Source of the DNA: an uncultured delta proteobacterium
Lineage (GTDB): Bacteria; Desulfobacterota; Desulfobacteria; Desulfobacterales; Desulfatirhabdiaceae
NCBI GenBank assembly: GCA_963789395.1
Contig: CAWBKP010000016.1
Span: 1 to 51,490, forward strand
DNA: 51,490 nucleotides
Direction: 5' to 3'
A program made the translations under genes and the position numbers. Every line of letters begins with the position of its first letter. Positions within the stretch are counted from its first letter, which is position 1. The notes below the pieces were generated by a model. It did no database searches. It was not told the origin of the DNA and was given only the letters and a program-made list of their open reading frames with translations. Below, piece after piece: positions 23,151 to 33,045 of this stretch.

Positions 23151-23264
23151 AAATCCGAATATCGAAATCCGAAATTCGAAACAAATTCAAAATACTAATG
23201 CCTTAAACGGTTCGTTTATTAACACACTGTTGCGATCATTGTTTCGGATTTCACACTTCGAATT
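23151..23264. repeat. Heptamer-array inverted-repeat element, copy 1
   Basis: AAATCCG AATATCG AAATCCG AAATTCG AAACAAATTC on the left; inverted TTGTTTCG GATTTC..TTCG on the right. Confidence 0.7.
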
Positions 23265-23288
23265 ATAATCAATAGAGGAGCTGTTGAA

Positions 23289-24464
23289 ATGAGAGAAGCG
23301 GTCATTGTCAGCGCGGTCAGAACCCCGCTGGGCAGTTTTAACGGATCATTGAGCGCTGTCGGGGCGACCCAGCTGGGAGCCATCGTTATCGAGGCCGCGA
23401 TCGAGCGGGCCAAAATTGCCAAATCCGCAGTCAACGAAGTCATCATGGGGCAGGTGCTGCCCTGCGGGTATGGCCAGAATCCGGCCAAGCAGGCCGCGGT
23501 AAGGGCCGGTATGCCCTGGGAAGCGGAATGTATTACAATCAACAAGGTTTGCGGATCGGCTTTAAAAGCCGTGATGCTGGCGGCTCAGGCCGTTCAGGCA
23601 GGGGATGCGGATGTGGTGGTCGCCGGCGGCATGGAAAACATGAGCATGGCCCCCTATTATCTTGAAAAAGCCCGATTCGGTTATCGGATGGGACCCGGAA
23701 AACTGGAAGACCACATGATTCATGACGGGCTGTGGGACATCGTCAATGATTTTCACATGGGCATGTCCAATGAGATCTGCTCTGAAAAATACAATGTCAC
23801 GCGCCAGGATCAGGATCAATATGCCGCCGAATCCTATCGAAGGGCCATTGCAGCCATTTCCGCCGGCCGTTTCAAGGATGAAATCGTTCCGGTCCCGATT
23901 CCCCAGCGAAAGGGCGGAACGGTTCTTTTCAGCCAGGATGAATGCGCCCAGGAAACCAGCCTGGAAAGCCTTGCCAAAATGAAAGGGGCTTTTAAAAAAG
24001 ACGGCGTGGGAACCGCCGGAAACGCCTCGATCATCAGCGACGGGGCCGCGGCTGTTGTGGTCATGTCCCGGGAAAAGGCATCGGAACTTGGCTGCGAGGT
24101 CATGGCGACCATCGGGGCTCAGGCATCATACGGTATCGACATGAAATATGTGCTGGTCGCCCCGATCTGGGCCATTCCAAAGTGCCTGCAGAAAGAAGGC
24201 CTGTCCAGCGGCGCCATTGATCTGTATGAAGTCAACGAAGCCTTCAGCGGCTCCACCGTTGCCGCGCTTCGGGAGCTGGGGCTGGATCCCCGGAAAGTCA
24301 ACGTCAACGGCGGCAGCGTGGCTCTGGGCCACCCCATCGGCGCCAGCGGTTGCCGGCTGCTGGTCACGCTGCTTCACGAAATGATCAAACAGGACAAGAG
24401 AACCGGCCTGGTTTCACTTTGCCTGGGCGGCGGCGAAGCGGTTGCCATGATCGTCAAAAGATAA
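23289..24464 (+). CDS. Acetyl-CoA C-acetyltransferase (thiolase)
   Basis: NKVCGSA, EVNEAF, GHPIGASG, SLCLGGG catalytic motifs. Confidence 0.95.
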   Translation: MREAVIVSAVRTPLGSFNGSLSAVGATQLGAIVIEAAIERAKIAKSAVNEVIMGQVLPCGYGQNPAKQAAVRAGMPWEAECITINKVCGSALKAVMLAAQAVQAGDADVVVAGGMENMSMAPYYLEKARFGYRMGPGKLEDHMIHDGLWDIVNDFHMGMSNEICSEKYNVTRQDQDQYAAESYRRAIAAISAGRFKDEIVPVPIPQRKGGTVLFSQDECAQETSLESLAKMKGAFKKDGVGTAGNASIISDGAAAVVVMSREKASELGCEVMATIGAQASYGIDMKYVLVAPIWAIPKCLQKEGLSSGAIDLYEVNEAFSGSTVAALRELGLDPRKVNVNGGSVALGHPIGASGCRLLVTLLHEMIKQDKRTGLVSLCLGGGEAVAMIVKR

Positions 24465-24470
24465 CGGGTT

Positions 24471-24616
24471 AAATTCGAATATCAAAATCCGAAATTCGAA
24501 ACAAATTCAAAATTCCAATGTCTAAATGGCTAAACCGTTGGCCTTTACAGCACACCGTTTTGAACATTAGAATTTTTCTTTTAATTGTTTCGAATTTCGA
24601 TATTCAGATTTCGAAT
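24471..24616. repeat. Heptamer-array inverted-repeat element, copy 2
   Basis: AAATTCG AATATCA AAATCCG AAATTCG AAACAAATTC on the left; TTGTTTCG AATTTCG ATATTCA GATTTCG on the right. Confidence 0.75.
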
Positions 24617-24679
24617 GAATAAATTTAAAAGGTTTTTCGTCAAGCACGATTCAAATCAAACATTACGGAGGAATTTTAG

Positions 24680-25531
24680 ATGGATATCAAAACCTACGGC
24701 GTTATCGGCGCCGGTCAGATGGGAAACGGCATTGCCCAGGTGGCGGCCATGAGTGGCCTGAACGTCATCATGAACGACATCAAGTCGGAATTTGTTCAGA
24801 ACGGACTGAACACGATCACCAAAAACCTGGCCCGAAGCGTTGAAAAAGGCAAAATGACAGCCGCGGAAAAAGACGCGGTCCTGTCCCGGATTTCCGCAAG
24901 CACAGCTCTTACTGACATGGCGTCCGCCGACTTTGTGGTTGAGGCTGCCACAGAGAATGAGGCATTAAAATTCCAGATCTTCAAGCAGCTCGATGAAATC
25001 TGTCCGGCCCATGCAATCCTTGCAACCAACACTTCTTCCATACCCATCGGCAGAATCGCGGCGCAGACAAAGCGGGCGGACAAAGTCATCGGCATGCACT
25101 TCATGAACCCGGTGCCGGTCATGAAACTGGTAGAAGTCATCCGGGGTCTCGCCACTTCGGATGAAACCTTTAAAACCACTTGGGATCTTTCGATAAAATT
25201 CGGCAAGACACCTGCCCTGGCCAATGACTATCCCGGCTTTATCGCAAACCGGATACTGCTGCCCATGATCAACGAAGCCGTTTTTTGCCTGTATCACGGA
25301 GTCGGCACCCGCGAAGACATCGACACCGTGATGAAACTGGGCATGAATCACCCTATGGGGCCCCTTGCGCTTGCCGACCTCATCGGTCTGGATACGTGTC
25401 TTGCCATCATGGAAACCCTTTACAACGGATTCAAGGATTCCAAGTATCGGCCCTGCCCCCTGCTCCGCAAATATGTCGAGGCCGGATGGCTGGGCAGAAA
25501 AACCGGACGGGGATTTTTCGAATATCAATAA
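24680..25531 (+). CDS. hbd: 3-hydroxybutyryl-CoA dehydrogenase
   Basis: GVIGAGQMGNGIA, NTSSI, GMHFMNPVPVM, PGFIANR, HPMGPLALAD, GRKTGRGF. Confidence 0.92.
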   Translation: MDIKTYGVIGAGQMGNGIAQVAAMSGLNVIMNDIKSEFVQNGLNTITKNLARSVEKGKMTAAEKDAVLSRISASTALTDMASADFVVEAATENEALKFQIFKQLDEICPAHAILATNTSSIPIGRIAAQTKRADKVIGMHFMNPVPVMKLVEVIRGLATSDETFKTTWDLSIKFGKTPALANDYPGFIANRILLPMINEAVFCLYHGVGTREDIDTVMKLGMNHPMGPLALADLIGLDTCLAIMETLYNGFKDSKYRPCPLLRKYVEAGWLGRKTGRGFFEYQ

Positions 25532-25551
25532 ATCATGCCTGAGGAGGCCAT

Positions 25552-26106
25552 ATGCCCAAGAAAGCAGTTGGTTCACCCGCCAGCATCATCGGACAGAAAA
25601 TCAAGAAAGTTCGGACGGATAAGAATATTACGCTGGATAACATTGCCAATGAGACGGGCTTTTCCATCGATCACCTGAAAAAAATCGAGTCGGGGAAAAT
25701 CACCCCTCCGGTCGGCGCTCTGCTTCAGATTTCCCGAGCGTTGAAAATCGATTCCGGGGTCCTTCTTAAGGAAGAGCCGTCCAATCTCAAGGACAGGATC
25801 AAAGCCTATACCAAGCGAACCGAAAATTACGCTTACACAACCCTGACTCCGGGAGCTGAAAACAAGCACCTGAAGGCATTCCGGGTGACCATCGACGCGT
25901 TTCAGGAACATTTGGGCGTCGGATACCATCACGAGGGCGAAGAATTCGTCTATGTGCTGTCCGGAAAAATCGAGATCATGGTCGGCGAACATGTCAACAA
26001 GCTGGAGGCTGGGGATTCCCTGCATTTTAACTCCGGCATTCAGCATAATCTGCGCAACAGCGGTGAAAGTACCGCCGAGCTGATCGTGGCGGTGTACAGC
26101 CCCTGA
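25552..26106 (+). CDS. XRE-family HTH + cupin transcriptional regulator
   Basis: IGQKIKKVR..LKKIESGKITP helix-turn-helix; HHEGEEFVYVLSG..GDSLHFNS..H cupin. Confidence 0.9.
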   Translation: MPKKAVGSPASIIGQKIKKVRTDKNITLDNIANETGFSIDHLKKIESGKITPPVGALLQISRALKIDSGVLLKEEPSNLKDRIKAYTKRTENYAYTTLTPGAENKHLKAFRVTIDAFQEHLGVGYHHEGEEFVYVLSGKIEIMVGEHVNKLEAGDSLHFNSGIQHNLRNSGESTAELIVAVYSP

Positions 26107-26125
26107 TTGCTATAAGAGGAAGGAT

Positions 26126-27280
26126 ATGTCATACAAACTGACCGATGAACAACTCATGATTCAGGCCATGGTACGGGAATTTTCCCGGAAGGTTGTCGCC
26201 CCGGAAGCAGCGGAGCGCGATCAGACCAAGGAATTTCCGGCCCAGATTTTAAAGAAAATGGGTGAACTGGGGTTCCTGGGTATGATGATTCCTCCGGAAT
26301 ACGGGGGCGAAGGTGCGGATACCATCAGCTATGTGTTGGCGCTTTCCGAAATCGCCTATTCCTGCGCATCGACAGCTGTGGTCATGTCGGTGCACAACTC
26401 GATCGTCTGCGAGAGCATTCTGCATTTCGGCACCGAGGATCAAAAAAAACGATACCTCAACTCCCTGGCTGCCGGAAAAATCATCGGCGCCTTTGCCCTG
26501 ACCGAACCCCATGCCGGCTCCGATCCTGTGGCCCAGTCCACCACCGCGGTTCGCGACGGCGACAGCTACGTCATCAACGGGGTCAAACGGTTCATTTCCA
26601 CGGGCAAAAACGCCGGGCTGGTGATTGTCACGGCCAAAACCGATGAAACCCAGCGCCACAAGGGAATCAGTGCCTTCATCATCCCCAGGAAAACCCCGGG
26701 CCTGGTAATCGGCAGAACCGAGGACAAACTGGGGCTGCGTGCCTCGGACACCACGGATCTGATCTTTGAAGACTGCCGGATACCGGCGGAAAATCTGCTG
26801 GGCCAGGAAGGTGAAGGGTTTAAAATCGTCATGAAAGGGCTGGACAGCGGTCGTATCGGCATTGCGGCCCAGTCCGTCGGCGTTGCCCAGGCAGCCCTGG
26901 ATGCGGCCGTCAAATATGCCAAGGAAAGGGATCAGTTCGGCCAGAAAATTTCCAAATTTCAGGGGCTTCGCTGGATCATCGCCGACATGGCAACGGAAAT
27001 CGAAGCCGCCCGCCAGCTCATGCTTTCGGCGGCGTCCATGAAGGACCGGGGGGAAAAATATACGGCCCAGGCATCCATGGCAAAACTATTCGCCTCCGAG
27101 ATGGTCAACCGGATAACGGCCAAGGCCCTTCAGATGCACGGCGGATATGGCTTTACCAAGGACTATGCGGTGGAGCGATTTTTCCGGGATGCGCGGGTCT
27201 TTACGATTTACGAAGGCACATCCGAAATCCAGCGCATCGTGATCTCGGATCATATATTAAAAGACAAGCGGCTTCCGTGA
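26126..27280 (+). CDS. Short-chain (butyryl-CoA-type) acyl-CoA dehydrogenase
   Basis: FALTEPHAGSD, KLGLRAS, GRIGIAAQ, HGGYG, IYEGTSEIQR. Confidence 0.93.
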   Translation: MSYKLTDEQLMIQAMVREFSRKVVAPEAAERDQTKEFPAQILKKMGELGFLGMMIPPEYGGEGADTISYVLALSEIAYSCASTAVVMSVHNSIVCESILHFGTEDQKKRYLNSLAAGKIIGAFALTEPHAGSDPVAQSTTAVRDGDSYVINGVKRFISTGKNAGLVIVTAKTDETQRHKGISAFIIPRKTPGLVIGRTEDKLGLRASDTTDLIFEDCRIPAENLLGQEGEGFKIVMKGLDSGRIGIAAQSVGVAQAALDAAVKYAKERDQFGQKISKFQGLRWIIADMATEIEAARQLMLSAASMKDRGEKYTAQASMAKLFASEMVNRITAKALQMHGGYGFTKDYAVERFFRDARVFTIYEGTSEIQRIVISDHILKDKRLP

Positions 27281-27317
27281 TCGGCCCCTTTCGCACGTCT
27301 CACCCCTGTTGGAAAGC

Positions 27318-27473
27318 TTATGAGCCGGATTTTGGCAGGGTGAAGCAGAACGTGCTTCCTCTGCCCTTGCCTTCGGATACCGCCCATATTCGGCCGCCAT
27401 GCACTTCCACGATTCGTTTGACCAGGGCAAGGCCAAGGCCGCTGCCCGTGCTTTCGGGATTTAACTTTTCAAA
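27318..27473 (-). pseudogene. 3' fragment of the IS-disrupted sensor histidine kinase (end of HATPase domain)
   Basis: Minus strand [51 protein letters not shown]; continues in frame from ..NVFGL at 33109 once the IS and one TSD copy are removed. Confidence 0.88.
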
Positions 27474-27656
27474 CAGGAGTTTCCGAGATAATCCATTTCG
27501 TCTTTCAGATCTATCTAAATAACAACAGGTTGCACGCTATTTCTCTGTAAGACCCATCTTCGTTTTCATTTGCAAAGACCATAAACTCTTATGAAAAAAG
27601 AATCCGTGTCAATTTTGTGCTTGACATGTAAGACCCTACTATATATATGTAGATGT

Positions 27657-28437
27657 ATGGCTCACTTCCATATCAAGACAAAAAAAGGAAGACCCTACCT
27701 CTATGTCCGGGAAATCGCCAGAGTCGATGGCAAGCCCAAGGTCGTCTCCCAGATTTACATCGGGCCTCCCGAAAGGGTTGCCGGCTTGACCCGGGGGCAA
27801 ATCGGGATTTAGATGCCGCAACTTTAAAAGTGGAGGAGTTCGGCGCCATCTGGCTGGCTCAACAAATTGATGGAGAAATTGATCTTTGCAGTCTTATCGA
27901 CAATATCGTCCCCCCGGCGGACAGGGAGACGGGGCCTTCCATCGGCGAGTATTTTCTCTACTGCGTCCTTAACCGGATGGTGCATGCCGTCAGCAAAAAC
28001 AAGCTGGCCTCCTGGTACCGGAGCACCGCCATCCAGCATATACGGCCCGTTGATCTCGATGAACTCAGCAGCAAACGCTACTGGGAAAAATGGGACCGGG
28101 TTTCCGAGGAAGATTTGCGCAGGATCGCCGGGGCGTTTTTCGAGCATATATGGCGGATCGAATCTCCGTCAGCCGATTGCCTTTTGTTCGACACGACTAA
28201 TTATTACACCTACATGGCCAGCCATACCGAATCGGACCTGGCCTTGCGGGGTAAAAACAAGGAGGGCAAACACCACTTGAGACAAATCGGTCTGGGGCTT
28301 TTGGTTGCAAGGGATTTGCGGCTGCCGTTGTATTACAGCGTCTATCCGGGGAATATCCATGACAGCAAGCATTTCGAGACCATCATGGACGAGATGTTCG
28401 GGGTTGTATGCGGCTTGAATAAAACCAAGGAACGACT
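27657..28437 (+). pseudogene. IS1634-family transposase, 5' part (frameshift near 27800, then interrupted)
   Basis: MAHFHIKTKKGRPYLYVRE.., LLFDTTNYYTY, GKNKEGKHHLRQIGLGL, YPGNIHD; ends at TSD GAACGACT. Confidence 0.85.
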
Positions 28438-28768
28438 GTATCCTTTCGGCAAGGCTGCACAAATCAGGGAGCGTCCAGTGGTCGGGCATATAAAACGAAG
28501 ACAGCAGCTCCAGCCAGATATTCGACAAGGATGAATGCGGGACGATAATTTAATCAGGGGGCACTCAACACGGGAAGGCCCGGGCAGTTTCGTTGAAAGG
28601 CATTCTAGAAAGCCGGTCCGGTCTCTTCAGCTTATCACCTGAATGAACAGAGATGCCCAATTGAAGATTCTGCAAGGCTTCAGACAAATTACTGACTTCA
28701 GGGCGCAGCCTTGGAGGATGCGCCCTTTAAAGCCATGGGTTCAAATTGTCAGACTGCGGGGGTTGTCC

Positions 28769-30351
28769 TCAGGCGGAAGAAAAATTATCCCGATAATTCC
28801 AGGGCATCCATTTTTCTGGAGTTTCTTTGATCCGCCATCCATTTCTAAGCAGCTGGGTCAGATAGTCAAACGGGTTTTCGCCAGCCATCTGGCAGGTGTG
28901 GATCAGGCTCATGAACAGGTCTCCGACGTGAGCCCCATTTTCGGTTTTGTAGAACATTGAGTTTTTTCGGTGGGTGATAGCCAGCTTTAAAATCTGCTCA
29001 CAGAGGTTGTTATCCAGGGGGGCTCCTGCAACGGTTAAAAACCGGGTCAGCTTGTCCCAGTGCTTTTGCATATACTTGATGGCTTTGCCCAGCGATGAGT
29101 TGGGCTCCACATTTTTATTTGCGATCTGACCATCGCACCAATTTTTCAGCTCCTGCATTAAAGGGGCGCTTTGGCGCTGGTGGTGAACAAGCCTTTCAGC
29201 GGGGGTCAGATTCTGATCTTTGACAATTTGCTCCTGGCTGTAAACCTTGGCCAGAAGCTCGATGACAAAGCGGCTCTCTTCGGGGAAGTTCTCCACAAGA
29301 TCCACAAAATTTCTTCTGGCATGAACCAGGCAGTTTGAAATGATGGTCTGAAAATCCTTTGGGGTATTTCGACTTAAGGCATCGCACATCTGGATGGGCA
29401 GAACAAGATCCGGGTTTCTCTGGCTGAGAATATCATTTAAATTCTCTCCGGCGTGATGATGTCCGGTGACAAAAAGGGCGATCCGATGTTTATTCTCCTG
29501 ATTGATACTCACAATACCGCTGGTGTATATGCCCTTTCGGGTGCTTTCAGCATCATTGGTATTTAATAATGAGAGAACCTGCATGGTGGTATCATCATTA
29601 TGGAGGATATTTCCCTGGGCAGCCTGTTTTGTCATTTCATCATGCACCGGGGAAAGCACCTGGGCCGCAGCATCGATGATGCCCCACTGGGTGGAGGCGG
29701 CAAGGGGGACGCCAAGATTCTTCTGTATCTTTCCCAGCCGGTGAAGGGGCATTCCGCAGCCGTAGCGCAGAAAAGCGATCATGGCCGCAACCGAATCATC
29801 GTATTTGCTCTCGGGTGTTCCGGGGGAAGCTCTGGTGTAAATATCTTTCCGCACAGATTGCAGCGAAGGCGAAGCAGTTCATAGACTGTGGCTTTTAACG
29901 GAGCATCTGCCACCACCCGGACGATCACAGAAGGAAGCGTCATTTCATAGACCTTGCCCTTGTCGCATTCCGGACAGGGATCGCCGGATTTAAGGTTTGG
30001 ATGAACGATTGTCACCTTATTGGCATTGTCATAAACACCGGCACCGTTTCGGCCGTGTCCCTTGGGTTTTGGCCTATCGGGGTCGACCAAAGAAGCAGCG
30101 GGTGGGGGCTCCGGGTTATTTTCCCCCAGCAGCTTTTTGCAGGTTTCAGTTGGTGCTCCCAGCATGTATTTTAAGAGCCTTCGCAGTGAGATGCCCTTTT
30201 CATCTATCACCGTGTACAAAAAATCGATGGTATCGGCCATGCCATCCAGAACATCCCAGTCCTTGTCATCAAGGCTTCTTTTGGCGATGCGTTTTTTCAG
30301 CTCCTTGAGATGGGATTTTTTCAAAAGCAGGCGTTTGGGTTTTTTATTCAC
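28769..30351 (-). CDS. tnpC: IS66 DDE transposase TnpC, one frameshift near 29850
   Basis: GTG start after AGGAGG; KGHGRNG, CPEC zinc finger, LHNDDTT, CLVHARRNF, LGKAIKY, PLDNNLCE, PWN. Confidence 0.88.
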
Positions 30352-31204
30352 ATAGCCTCCTTTTAAACCGGCCATCCAGGGGATAAAGCCAGATGCTTTT
30401 AACGGGTTTATAATTTTGATGAAGCCGGTCCCATTTCCCGCGGCCGGTGGTATCGCCCACACAGTGCCAGTTGGCAGCCCTGTAACAGGTACCGGCAAAG
30501 CGCTCTTTTTCAACAAAGGTCTCAAGCAATAGAGGTTGGTACTGATACCGCTCTTTCCAGTCATGGGGAAGAATTCTTGCTGCTCTTGAAAGAATCTTTG
30601 ATGCCAGGTTCTTTGATTTGATCCAGGGCAGGATTAAAAACCGGCTGTTATTGACCACCTGGTGCAAATGCGCTTGTCTCTTTTCGGGATTCCAGCCAAT
30701 AAAGACATCCCGGGCTGCTACTTTCCAGGCAGCGGCGCAAAAGCCCAAAAGCGCCAGAATCTTCTCCCCGGCCCGGACAAAGTAGCGAAGCTGTGCACCG
30801 GCAAGGGGCTTGTACCCCAGGTAATGATACCGGTCAATCAGCTCGTTCCATAGAGCGGAAGTTTTTGGCTTCACCAGCTCAAACTGCAGATCCAGCCCGG
30901 ATGCCTCGATCCGGATCTCCGGCTGGGGTTCTGCCCAAGGGGTGCGCCCGGGTCTTCTGGAGTAATTGTTTTTTGTCAGCGGTGCCGGAAGATTTAGCAG
31001 CCCCAGTTTGTCAAGCCTGAGAAGTGCCATCTTGCAGCTCATGGATTTTAGTCCACCGTCTGGTTTATACCAGCCTGCGTATCGGCAGAAAGAACGGGCA
31101 AGACTTTCCCGGCTTATCTCTTTTTGACTGGAAAGCGTTTGGGTAAGCCACAGGATGTCATCCGGGCTGAATACCCGGCCGCAGATTTGAAGATGTGTTT
31201 CCAT
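30344..31204 (-). CDS. DUF4338-domain (Druantia DruA-like) protein carried inside the IS66
   Basis: LWNELIDRYHYLGY, LRYFV, RDVFIGW, VVNNSRFLILPW, NLASKIL, LLETFV, GTCYRAANW..VG.T.GRGK, recognised from memory of the family; overlaps the tnpC start by 8 nt. Confidence 0.8.
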   Translation of the reverse strand: METHLQICGRVFSPDDILWLTQTLSSQKEISRESLARSFCRYAGWYKPDGGLKSMSCKMALLRLDKLGLLNLPAPLTKNNYSRRPGRTPWAEPQPEIRIEASGLDLQFELVKPKTSALWNELIDRYHYLGYKPLAGAQLRYFVRAGEKILALLGFCAAAWKVAARDVFIGWNPEKRQAHLHQVVNNSRFLILPWIKSKNLASKILSRAARILPHDWKERYQYQPLLLETFVEKERFAGTCYRAANWHCVGDTTGRGKWDRLHQNYKPVKSIWLYPLDGRFKRRLCE

Positions 31205-31253
31205 AACTGAGAGCCGGTATAGCACATCTTTTTGCCCGTGGCCAGCATTATTT

Positions 31254-31616
31254 TTAAGGTTCAGCCGAAAAAGTCGGAATTTGTTTCCAGGGCTCCGGAA
31301 TTTTGATCTGAAAAGGGTTGGTGTTCCATAACAGCATCTGAAGCTGCTGGGCCAAAAGCCGCTTATGGCCCTTACCTTCAGGCCAGAAAAACCGCCCCTG
31401 CGACAGTCGTTTATGGCACAGCCAGAATCCCTGACCATCATAAACCAGGATTTTCAAGGATTGTCTGCTTTTATTGGTGAATACAAAGACCGTGCCTGAA
31501 AAAGGATCGGCCTTAAGCACCGTCCGGCAGAGCTTAAAAAGGCCATCAATGCCTTTTCTGAAGTCCACAGCGCCCGTGGCCACCAGAATCCGCATATGCG
31601 CTGTGATCTGGATCAT
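31254..31616 (-). CDS. tnpB: IS66 accessory protein TnpB
   Basis: VDFRKGIDGL..DPFSG..FVF..KILVYDGQGFWLCHKRLSQGRF.W. Confidence 0.92.
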   Translation of the reverse strand: MIQITAHMRILVATGAVDFRKGIDGLFKLCRTVLKADPFSGTVFVFTNKSRQSLKILVYDGQGFWLCHKRLSQGRFFWPEGKGHKRLLAQQLQMLLWNTNPFQIKIPEPWKQIPTFSAEP

Positions 31617-32005
31617 GACAGAAAGCCTTTCAAGATATCTGCAACAGTGGGATGCTCTCCGCTACCGGATAACTTAAGAAACGAGCCATCGCAGCGCTGG
31701 CAAAACAATTGCCACTTATCCTGTGTCGGGAATAAGCTGTTAAAATTGATCTCTGTGAATTCTGACCTCTGGCAGTCGACCTGGGGATAAGGCTGTGACA
31801 AATTCACCCGTTTTTTCAGATCTGCATAGGATAGTCTTAGCCTTTGGCTGACATGTGAAATGGAATGGCTCCGGCAAAGCCCTATCGCAGCATGCCAAAG
31901 ATGCTCCGGTATGGGCTCCTGCTTGATTCGGCTGCTGCGCCAATCTTGAAACTGCTGTCGAACATTTTCTACCGCTGAGTGATTGTCTGTAACTGAATTT
32001 TTCAT
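31613..32005 (-). CDS. IS66 accessory protein (TnpA-like HTH)
   Basis: First ORF of the element; F..WR....PIPE.LW..A..L.....S.VS..LRL.Y..LK pattern; overlaps tnpB (ATGA). Confidence 0.7.
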   Translation of the reverse strand: MKNSVTDNHSAVENVRQQFQDWRSSRIKQEPIPEHLWHAAIGLCRSHSISHVSQRLRLSYADLKKRVNLSQPYPQVDCQRSEFTEINFNSLFPTQDKWQLFCQRCDGSFLKLSGSGEHPTVADILKGFLS

Positions 32006-32088
32006 CGGCCATCCTCCTTTTTGTGGTAAGATGGCCTATCATAACCGATGAGGGATGCGTTTGTTAAGCACGCTTGCCGAAAGGACAC

Positions 32089-33045
32089 GAACGACTCACG
32101 GTGGTTTTTGATAAGGGGATGAACGCGGATGAGAATTACGCCTGGATTGATGAGCACTCGCGCATTCATTTCATCACCACCTATTCCACTTATTTCGCCC
32201 AGGACCTTGCCGCAACCCCGCTTGAACGGTTCGAACCGGTGGATATTCCCTATAACCGTCGTCTCATGGATGAGGGAAAGGAAGAAGAATGCCTTTTGGC
32301 CTACCGGAGCAAGGGAGAATATTGGGGCAAGGAGCGGTCGGTGATCGTCACCTATAATCCCTCCTCCCGCCGCATGCAGCAATATACATTCGACGATAAG
32401 CTGGAGGCAGTCCGTCGGGAGCTCCTTTCCATGCGGACAAAGGTAAGAGACAAGGCACCCCACTGGAGAAAAAAGGATGCCGTCAAAGAGCGCTATTTGC
32501 GCCTTTGCGAGCGGATGCACATATCTTCAGACCTTTACGAGCTTACATTCGAGCATTCCGCCGACGGTCTTTCCATGAGTTTCCGTAAAAACGCTTATCT
32601 GGTCGAGCGCAGGCAATCCATGTTCGGGAAGAATATCATTATCACAGACAACACGGACTGGACGATGGGAGATATCGTACAAGCAAGTCTTGATCGCTGG
32701 CAAGTGGAGGATCGCTTCCGTCTGAGCAAGAATGACGATCTCGTTGGAGTAAGCCCCGTGCGTCACTGGACGGACAGCAAGATAAGATGCCATCTTTTCA
32801 CTTGCGTCACTGCCATGACGTATCTGCGCCGGATCGAACTGAGACTGGCGGCAGTCGGAATCAATCGAACGGCTGCCAATGTCATGGAAGACATGGGGAA
32901 ACTGCATCAAACCTTGACTATGAGGAAGGGAGATCGCAAGCCGAAACGCCGCATCGAGACGCCCAGTAAGACCCAGGCAGAAGTCCTGTCGGCGTTCGGA
33001 CATTACGTAGACGCCGGTGGGGTCTTACAACCAGTCGAGACGTGA
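32089..33045 (+). pseudogene. IS1634-family transposase, 3' part
   Basis: Resumes ERLTVVFDKGMN; GKNIIITD, WQVEDRFRLSK, PVRHWTDSKIRCHLF. Confidence 0.85.

Larger units (their letters stand above)
28438..32088 (-). mobile_element. IS66-family element (3651 bp): tnpA-tnpB-DUF4338-tnpC
   Basis: TIRs GTATCCTTTCGGCAAG and (reverse complement) GTGTCCTTTCGGCAAG; 8-bp TSD GAACGACT at 28430-28437 and 32089-32096. Confidence 0.9.

Noticed and set aside
23151..24616. Heptamer arrays as a CRISPR array
   Set aside because: Units are 7-bp tandem degenerate repeats in inverted arrangement, with no repeat-spacer periodicity and no cas genes
29840..29870. Programmed frameshift in tnpC (likewise near 27800 in the IS1634 transposase)
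   Set aside because: No clear slippery heptamer, these transposases are normally single ORFs, and similar indels occur throughout the window
30344..31204. Complete Druantia defence system
   Set aside because: Only a single DUF4338-type gene inside an IS; no DruE helicase or other dru genes in the window
31254..31616. IS66 TnpB as an RNA-guided TnpB nuclease
   Set aside because: 120-aa IS66 accessory protein, unrelated to IS200/IS605 TnpB; no RuvC motifs
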